A stretch of DNA of 64,000 bases from Octopus vulgaris (lineage: Eukaryota): positions 45,384,001-45,448,000 of the forward strand of contig OX597817.1 of NCBI GenBank assembly GCA_951406725.2, read 5' to 3'. Positions 52,389 through 64,000 of the stretch are shown here, piece by piece (position 1 is the first letter of the stretch; each line of letters starts with the position of its first letter). The translations under genes and the position numbers were made by a program. The notes below the pieces were generated by a model that ran no database searches, was not told the origin of the DNA, and saw nothing but the letters and a program-made list of their open reading frames with translations.

Positions 52389-52828
52389 GTGTCTTCGGAT
52401 ATATCTGGACAGCTACTGGTTTTATGAGTGATATCTTCAACACTGGTTAGACACACACGTCATTTTCTATCTTAGAGTGTAAAGGTAGAGACACCATTAT
52501 CTATATTGTTGATCAGATATTTTGTACCTATTTCCAGTTCTAAGAGCAAAGACATAGCTTTGTAGGTGAAATGTGTTGTATTAATAACAATTCCAGATCA
52601 GGCTACAGTTCCTGCCAATGCTTTCTCTACCTTGCAGGATATGTACCCATGATAAATTTTATGCGGATATGATGAGTATTTCTTTTATATGTTTCTATTT
52701 ACTTAGGTTAATATGGTTAATATGGTTAATATGGAGAAATTACAATCGCATTGCGATATTATCTTTACTGTTGTACACAGTAAGTGTACGGGTGACAGTT
52801 TATGTGTTTATATGTAAATATGTATGAA

Positions 52829-53047
52829 AGGTAGCGAGCTGGCAGAAAAGTTAGCGTGCCGAGCAGTATTTCGTCTGTCGTTACGTTCTGAGTTCAAATT
52901 CAGCCGAGGTCGACTTTCCCTTTCATCCTTTCGGGGTCGATAAATAAAGTACCAGTTTCGCACTGGGGTCGATGTAATCGACTTAATCCCTTTGTCTGAC
53001 CTTGTTTGTCCTCTCTATGTTTAATACCCTCTGGGTAGTAAAGAAAT
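52829..53047 (+). mobile_element. SINE family B
   Basis: Family B copy inverted relative to 52154-52388 and ~440 bp away from it. Confidence 0.9.
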
Positions 53048-53494
53048 ATATATATATATACATATATATATGTATGTGTGCGTGCGTGTGCATATGTGTG
53101 TATCTATGTGACTGTGGATGTGTGTATATGTGTATGTGTGTGTGTGTGTGTGCGCGTGTGTGTATGCAAGTGTGTGTGCTTGCATTTGTAAGTATCTTCC
53201 TGCGTGTAATAACGTGTGTGTAACTTTGTGTCCTTGCTCATCGCTCTGATTGCAAATCTGGCGACCAGTTATATTAGAACGTTGTTTTTTATATCGTTAA
53301 TCTTCCGTGAAACACGGCCGGCCATTGGTTGTTTGTTTACGAAGGACAAGGAGATGTATATCTAACTCAGAGGCAGGTGATGCTTGGTAATATGAAGAGC
53401 AAGTTTATGCTTCAATGAATTTCCTCTAACACATGCTAGTGCAGAATATCATGCAGTAGAATTTCTAATACGCACCCTCACCTTCCTGACAAAT

Positions 53495-53566
<72 letters not shown>

Positions 53567-55358
53567 CGGTCAATTGCCTTATGAGGGATAAATATATACT
53601 GAGAATAAGTGGAATGTGGCAGAGTAGCGTTATCTGTTCTAAGATGGAGTGTTAGGACAACTAGTAGCGTTTACTGTTCGAATATTGCGTGGCCTTGCGT
53701 TTGAATGTGTGCATATGTGTTATGTTAGCGTGTAAGTTGTAAGTTGTAGCATATTTGCGTAAGTATTGAAAATCACAATGCTCACTTACGGCAAGTTGCT
53801 TCATATTGGGAATAATGTCCTGCATTTTGTACTAGCGTTTCAGCCAGATGTGGATGTGGACATTAGAAACCATATGTGAATGTAAATTAGAGTTAGTATC
53901 GAAGTGTGAGTGTGCGTGTGGGTATAAGTTTGGAACGACAGTGCCTATACAAGTTCGTCGACATTGTCCTCTTATAGAGTGAATATTCACTCTGAAGAAT
54001 TCCATTAAATATTATAATTGTGAATTCACAAGAAAGAAGCCAAATAGAAATGTTACAAATTAAACGATGTAATGGAAAGTAGAGATATGTTTATTGCACA
54101 GGGATTATGTAGACTAGATTGCAACTGCTAATTGCATACCCTTCGTAATATCAGGTTCTCAGTTGCCAAGTATCATCATAGACAATTACTCTCTTTGATA
54201 AAGTTTTGAAGAGCTTGGCATATTGGTAGAAAATCCATTAATATAGCAATGAATGAGAAAAGTGCATGACGGACTTGAAACACGCATTTCATCTGTAGAG
54301 ATGGATTACAATGGCGTATTTGTAAAGGTGTGTATAATAAATCGTGTCAAATAAATATTGTCAGTTTTACTTTCGGCTCCTGTTTAAGCTTGAACACATC
54401 CTTAACAGCCGACCCGATCGATAGGATATTGATTGGTAGCGATTTAGCAAAAGTCTAAAAAGGTGTCAGCACGAATGAAAGCCCATCGATATCCATTGGG
54501 CGAAATATGGCAGCCATTAAAATGTTGAATACATTTTGATCCGAATAAAGCTATATTTTATAAGATGGTTTAGGAAAGCATAGCAGTGATCATAAACCAA
54601 TTTCATAAGACTGCCATAAATACTTTATGAGCTTTTTAATAACCACAGGCTCGAATAGAAACTCAGCTGTAACAACGACAACATTAGCAGGAATACGGCA
54701 GCAAATGAAATTATTTCTATGGAGTCACATTTATTGCATGGAAATGCAAATGGCGATTTATCAGTAGCGCATTGATAAATTTACGAGTAGATTCGGCAGC
54801 ATCCCCATCATAGCGTTTGATATCATGAGAAGAGATGGAGCGGAAAAGGTTATAAAATACACTCAATTACACCCATGGTTCAGGTTCGTTTCTTCTAAAA
54901 GTATTTTAGTAGTTTGTATATATATCGGCTGCTCACATACTGGTTGTATACGACACTTTATATCGACTTAATTTCTCCGCTGTTAAAGCCATAACCGTCA
55001 TAATGTTACTAGTGATTAATTTTATTTGTTGACGTTATTTCGTGTCTTTGTAGCACACATTATATATATAATAACTAATTATAATAATAAACTTGCCAAG
55101 GGACAACAAGTATATGTATATATTATCATAATGTATGATTCTTTTTAATCTCTACATATTATCTATTTATTGTTGCGAAACAAATATGTACAATATTTGT
55201 ATTACGGCAATATGGACAACTTGTATCTCATCACTTACAGTAATATACGAGATGGGAAAACGTTATCCCAAATTCAATTTGCCATGTATCAAATATTCAT
55301 GAGAAATCATGTAACCATTTAACATTTTTGCCACAGAACTCTCAGTCAGTCTGTCTGT

Positions 55359-55402
<44 letters not shown>

Positions 55403-55574
55403 CCTCTCTCCTCTCCTTCCCTCGTTCACTGTAAAGATGTGTCACTGAATGTTCCTTTACTGGACATCATATCGCTTATTATAGAATCTACATACGCCCC
55501 TGCAATCCATCTATGATTTGCTATATTATGATAATATATGATTGAATCATATGATATTGTCTTAAGATATGTAC

Positions 55575-55805
55575 AATTTGTGGGTCTGGTAAGACGTTTG
55601 ATTCACAATGATATGGATCCAGATTTAGTCGTACTGCGCTGCACCTTCGCCAAGAGACTTCTACTATAGCCTCGTTTTGATCAAACCTTTGTAAGTGGAT
55701 CTGGTAGACGGATGATATCTGTGCTTGTCCCCTGAAACTGCTTGACAACAGGTATTAGTGAGTTTACGTCCTCGTAACTTAGTGGTTCAGCGAACGAGAG
55801 ACCAT
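55575..55805 (+). mobile_element. Old, diverged SINE family A copy
   Basis: Residual cttctactatagcctcg, gtggatctggtagacgg and tttacgtcctcgtaacttag motifs. Confidence 0.65.
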
Positions 55806-56051
55806 ATTTTTAAATAGAATTAGTTTTAGTTCGATTTAATTTTAGATCGAATTGATTTTATTATTATTATCTATTTGAAAATATAGCCATGAAACGTGCG
55901 TAGTCTTTTTAATACTATTTACTATTTATTGTACTTTATTGGTTTTTAGAATAAGGTTTCTTTAGTATATATTTTCTATATGGAGTGAATAACATCTTTC
56001 TTTATTTCTCTATTGTTTAATAGAGGTTTTTCTCTAAATTATATGCGTGAG

Positions 56052-56083
<32 letters not shown>

Positions 56084-56433
56084 AGTGTTTGTGTGCGTGT
56101 GTGCGTGTGCGTGTGTGTGTGTGCGTGTGTGTGTATTATATTTCCGAATGATCATTGTTTTGGCGCTATATGTTTGTTCTTCACTCGTTTATTACTGTTC
56201 TTTTTCTAACTCGTATCCATTGTCCGGAAATCATTCGTCACACATGTGTGACCACCTCAGTGACAATTTCTGTCATCGTGTGTTATCTTATACTGCTTAT
56301 TCTATTCCCACGGAGGTTTTGCTGAAAACGGGCATGAGTTAGAACAACTGTGAATAAGTGTGAAGAACGAATATATAATGCGTGTGTTTATTTGTCAAAT
56401 ATGTATATATATATATATATGCATATATATATA

Positions 56434-56493
<60 letters not shown>

Positions 56494-56560
56494 TATGTGT
56501 GTGTATATATATATGTATATATATATGTGTGTGTGTGTGTATATGTATATATGTGTGTAA

Positions 56561-56627
<67 letters not shown>

Positions 56628-56635
56628 TATACACA

Positions 56636-57793
56636 TATATATAAAACTGAGAATGTTTGTCTGTCTGTCTGTTTGTGTGTTTCCCTAAAACGTGAGGACT
56701 ATACCACCAAATTCATTCAAATTTTACACATGCCTTACTTAGAGTCCGGGGAGTGTCATCGACAAAACATTTAACTTTTTGCCTGGGGTGAGCTCACAGC
56801 AATATCATATTTTCTCCACTACGATTCCCTAAAACTTGAAAACTACACAACCAATTTCATTCAAATTTTACACATGCCTTACTTAGGAACAATGTAGTTT
56901 CATGGGCAAAAAAATGTTCAACTTCTTGCCTAGAGCGAGCCCAAAGCAATATCATATATTCTCCACTATTTCAGTATTACGTGTTAAAAGTGAAACAAAA
57001 ACATTTCTCTATTTTATGGCAGATACTTTCACTTTAAGAATAAAAATAATAATAACAATTGAATTATATGTAGTAAGTAATAATTAAAGTCAAACTAAAG
57101 TATAATATAATCGTAACATAACAAAAGTTAAAAAAATAGCAATTGGTATAAAATTGCATCAATGACTTGAACTTGAATAAGTGGTTTCACATGAATGGGA
57201 ATAAATTAAAAATAAAATTAGCGTGCAGAAATGGAATAGTCCAGATGGATAATAAAAAAATTATATTAAAGAAAAGATTGTCTATAATGTATACAATGTA
57301 GAAAAAAAGAAGATTTGAACACATGGAAGAAAGCACCTTCGAAAAATGTCTTGGTGCGACTGTGAAAGGTAAATTCGCCACAATAGAAGCAAGGTTCGAG
57401 GCAACGGAGCGTGTAAGGGAGTACTCAGCTCGAACTTGCAAAGTGGAAATAATATATTTTTACCAATATATCTGGGACATAGGACATCCCGGAAAAAAAT
57501 TAAAATGCCCCTCCCCCCAGAAGTAGAGGTAGGCTGGATTGTAGCCACACTTCTATACAAGAGAGAGGACAAGATACAATTGATCGAAATTACAATAGAC
57601 AGGCTAACAATTCCAGTCTGTTATATATTTTGAGTATTGTTATCACTAGTGATATCAATATATAACTTTGTATTTTGTATTTTATGTGTAGATGTATATA
57701 TATATAGATGTACATGTAATATGTACACATATATATGCACATATATACATGCACTAGCACTATGACCTGGGAACGACGGGTCTTTAATGCTAG
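56636..57793 (+). mobile_element. Non-autonomous Helitron, second family (copy 2)
   Basis: Reverse-complement homolog of 11928-13521. It ends ctagcactatgacc...gggtctttaatgCTAG|T. Confidence 0.8.
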
Positions 57794-58317
57794 TATATAT
57801 ATATATGTATTTATGTATATAAATTGGCACACAAAAACATATGTACGTTTATGGTTGTGGTTCTAACTCAATGTAGTGGTTATTTAATTTTTCAAATTAT
57901 ATTTCATATCGTTCCTGCAAACACACACAAACATTAACTCAAATATATATGGTATTAGCTTCACACTGGATGGGAATAGGAATTCTTCTGACCTTTTGCT
58001 TTACATTCTTCAAAGGAAGACCAATGAAAAGCAAAGTTTTACTTGTGCACAGTAAAGTCATTTTAAAAACAGTGGTAAGCACAGTGGTGTCCGTCAATTT
58101 CAGTTTTAAAAGGTATACACTCGAGATACTTGATATGTGATGGATATGCGTTTTTGTGAGCGTACTTGTTTATATTTTCCAAAATATTTTGTTTGACTGT
58201 GTAATATCTGGTTGCATGTTTACGTACTTGTGTTTGCGTACATGTGTCGTTGTGGCCCACAACTTGTGGGGGAGCTTATATATGTGAGTGTATATATATA
58301 TATATATATAGAGAGAG

Positions 58318-58383
<66 letters not shown>

Positions 58384-58577
58384 CCAGATAGATAGATAAA
58401 ATTTATTAGGAAAAGCGTGCGTGGCGTTCGATCATATAATAGTCTAAATAATATATGAATATATGCATATATACATACATATATATGTATATATACATGC
58501 ATATATGGGTACAGGACATCAAACAAAAACCGTTGAACACAATGAGAAACGAAAACATAAAAACAAAAACATAAAAA

Positions 58578-58725
58578 TGGTATTTCGTCTGTCTTTACGT
58601 TCTTAGTGCAAATTCTGCCGAGGATGACTTTGCCTTTCATCCTTTCGGGGTTGATGAATTATGTACCAGTTGTGTACTGGATCATCTAATTGACTGGCCC
58701 CCTCTCCCAAGATTTCGGGCCTTGT
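58578..58725 (+). mobile_element. Head-less SINE family B-related fragment
   Basis: Starts at ggtatttcgtctg, contains gactttgcctttcatcctttcgggg, and has a variant tail. Confidence 0.75.
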
Positions 58726-59437
58726 TTTTACATATTTTTATACTTAAATATTTTCTCATGCATATACGTACGAGTCTATATGAGTGTGTGTGTGTGTGTG
58801 TTTATACATCAGTATATCTTCGTATAGAAAACGGGGAGTGAGATGTTTGCATACAATAAAATGTATATAACCTCTCCAGTGCGTGTGCACCAGGTAAGCG
58901 AAATAATTCTGGGCACATAAGCAATACTTTTTCTTGAAAAGTAATATGATGGATTAGAAGTGTTACGTGAAGAGGCCTATATTTTACCTTTGATTGAATC
59001 TACGATAACGTATCAATAGTATTATCCATAAACATTTCGCTCTCATATTATATAGATAATTTTAATGCCGTGCTCTTTGAAAATCATGTGCGGTGAGGAA
59101 CACTTTGCTATTATTGTATGGAACAGTATGGCGGAATCAGGAATCTTAGAGCCATAATGATATGCTATTGGCCTTATTATCTGACGTTAATTGTATAATT
59201 AAACTGATTTCAAGCTACTATTTGCTAAAAGAAAAAATATCACCATACGGGAAAACATCAGTAAAAATACCATAAGCCTCGTTCAAATTTCCTGCATTTA
59301 GCGAAGATATGAATGCATGAAAGACTCAGACTACTGTGAAGAATTTTTGAGGCTTCGAATTTAATTAGATTATGTAAATCATCTTTCACTTTCACAGATT
59401 TAAGAACAATGTTGCAGTTAGAATCCGACTAGAATTA

Positions 59438-59931
59438 CAGTAAGCACTCGCCATATCGCAGCTCACCTATCGCAACCTCAATACATTGTGGATTTGTCTG
59501 GCTAATATAAATTTATATCGCGGACTCCTCAGTATATCGTGAGTTTCTGTAGCCGATGGGTATTTATATTTTGTATAGATTTTAATTATTTCTGTATTAA
59601 AATAAGCATTTTCATGCCTAAAAATTAATAAATTGATAAATAGAAATACAGTATAGCACTGCACTTTATAACACATGAGGTAAAATATATTAAAAGAAAA
59701 TACGCAGAGAATCGTAGATGAGTAAAGAATCCTACAAATGGTATGGATAACGAAACTCAGGAGGAGAGTGTGTGGTATTGTTTTGCATTTGTAATAAAAG
59801 GAATATATACAAATTTTTAAAGTAATAATAAAAAAATGTACAGTAATGTACTGGTTCTATTTCGCGAATTTTCACCTATCGCGGTGGGGTGGTTTTAGAA
59901 TGTAACATTGGCGATAGTCGATGGATTACTG
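59438..59931. mobile_element. Tigger/pogo-like MITE
   Basis: TA|CAGTAAgcactcgccatatcgc ... gcgatagtcgatggaTTACTG|TA: imperfect TIRs with TA flanks. Confidence 0.65.
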
Positions 59932-61524
59932 TACAAAGTTTGGTATGTTTTAAATTAGGCAGGTCACGTAAGATTTTAAGGATAGAAAAATGTAAAAGGT
60001 AACCGGAAGAGATATAAAGGCACTGAAAAAAGCGCCAAATGGAGTATTGCTCCCATAACTTGAATGATACTGCCGCTCCACATAAGGTTTTATTAAAACT
60101 CCTATTTATAAAAGAGGTTACGCGATTGCATAACATCGAAATGCTTAATAAAACTTATCTCTCGTCCTACTTACATACTGACATGTTTTCGTGTGATTCA
60201 AATTTTTCTACTGCTACATAATTGATTCCCTCTCATTGTTGCTGGTTGTTCAAGAACCATTTTCACTTAGGCTCACCTGATAAGTCAGTAGTCTTTCCTC
60301 ATTTCCCCCTCCTGGTTTTCTGTCAACAACACATCATTGTTCCTAACCTAAACAGACTCACAGTCCCTAAAATGTCAACTATCCATAATGTTCGTGAATT
60401 AGTACATTTGTATTAATTTGAGAACATCAACAACACTAACCTCATTTATTTCAATGGTCCTTCGATTTACGAGGCAATTCTCTCACACCTTTCTCCAGAG
60501 AATATAAAAAATTAAAAAATATATATAATGGCTGTTTCTAGTATTTAGAAATTTTACTGAATTTATATTTTCTATAAACAAATTCAAAATTAGTATCTGT
60601 TGTTAGTAATATTATTTACATAGTGGTTCTCACGACAGATACAGATATTGTAAATTTCCACCAATAAAATGTCCCTTTTTCCTTGAATTAATCATTTCGC
60701 TCACATTAAATTATAGTCTGAAATCATTCAAAAGAAAACATTCAGCAATGTTCAATAAAATGCGGTTTAGATTTACGCTGAATTGAATTCGCCATGCAAT
60801 TATAAACGTAGCTGGATATGATATTTCTGTTCCTTTAAAGTGTGAAATTAGAACTGATGTCCACACCTCAGCTATATAATTATTATAACTTTTTAACTAA
60901 ATAGGCATTCATGCTTACGGGGACACACATTATATTTGAGGTATAAACATTGTGTTATTAGGATATACGATACATTAAATGAGGGGGGAAAAGGAAGATG
61001 TCGCTAGTGCTTTCGACGAGGAACTGATTATTGACAAAGTTGAAAGAACTCTTGAATGAATAAAATGGTATCTTTACCGGCTATGGTTTTCTAAGAAGCT
61101 TTTAGCTTAGCTCTCCGTGCAGACAAACGGAATTGTTTGAGTACTGTTTAATCAATAATTGAAGCCGTTAATTGCTTTCTTAAAAGTGGCGGTTTAACAT
61201 TGTAATTAGTATTCCGTTTTTCCAAACAGAAATATATTGGTGATATTTATAAAATTAACTTTATAAGCCTCCATAACAGGATAAACTGTAATCCTCAGCA
61301 ATATATGTGGACATTGATGCTGTTTTATATATATATATGTGTGCATGATTAAGTGTGCATGATTAAGTATTCATGTGCACACGTGTGCGTGTGTTCGTGC
61401 GTGCATGCGTGCGAATATATTTCCAAATATATGTCAGATATAAATAGTAACTAAAGAGTAAATATGAGTATTTTATGACTCACACATACGTATACACATA
61501 TGTATATATATATAAATATATATA

Positions 61525-61567
<43 letters not shown>

Positions 61568-61889
61568 GTGTATGTGTATGTATATATATAAATATATATG
61601 TGTGTGTGTATATATGTATATATATATGCATAAGTATATATTATATACACACCACACAAACATACATACACACATACACACACACACACATTTACATAAA
61701 ATTCAAATTTCCATGAAGATTGAAATACTGGTAGCACAATTGATAGTAATAGAAATCGATATAAATTGTCAATAGGTATATGAGTGGGTAGATAGACGCA
61801 GAGAGTGAGAGAGATGGGTTTATAAAGAGAGCCAACAATTCTTATACAGATATGATAATAATAAAAATCCTGTATATTACAAGTATAAG

Positions 61890-63660
<1,771 letters not shown>

Positions 63661-64000
63661 ATATTCTACCTGTGAATTTGCGTGTGTAATCTGGGAATGC
63701 ATATAATGAGCTTCTCTGCCCTAGGTGTACGGAAAGCACTCGGCGAGAAATGGAAGAAAATTTGAAGAAAGATGGAAAAAAATATAAGAATTGTCATTAC
63801 AATATGTTTCAGAAGACGGTGATTAGGTGCATGAGTTATTAAAGATGTGTAAAATGGAATAAAATATAGAAAGACCACCAGTCAAAATTATATTATTTGC
63901 ATTGCTGTGCTTAGAGGGTGTTGAAATCCTTAACAGGGCTATCCCGATACCATAACAGTATGTGCTGACATTATTAATTGAATATGCGTCGATTACTCTG

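Noticed and set aside
53900-54870. Non-repetitive, coding-like stretch, possibly an old transposon
   Set aside because: No ORF of 60 aa or more and no motif I can assign with confidence.
55870-55910. TTGAAAA...GAAACGTGCGTA hammerhead-like string
   Set aside because: Stems I and II are essentially absent. It may be a decayed PLE HHR but is not supportable.

Overview
AT-rich, repeat-saturated animal genomic DNA, intronic or intergenic. I recognise the SINE families and the microsatellite load as octopus-like (coleoid cephalopod); that assignment is inference. No intact protein-coding gene is supported: the ORF track is mostly microsatellite and SINE read-through plus decayed transposon peptides. 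The window holds three tRNA-derived SINE families, about ten non-autonomous Helitron-like elements, remnants of CR1-, RTE- and R4/Dong-like LINEs, gypsy and Tc1/mariner remnants, and many short Penelope-like (PLE) fragments abutting (TA)n tracts. The main hidden signal is a set of type I hammerhead ribozyme (HHR) motifs read by eye. Two have canonical cores (1540-1619 +, 23710-23795 -). Others have compensatory core variants (U3:A8 at 2066-2103 -, G3:C8 at 34530-34578 +). Several sit in the arms of fold-back palindromes that would otherwise be annotated as MITEs.
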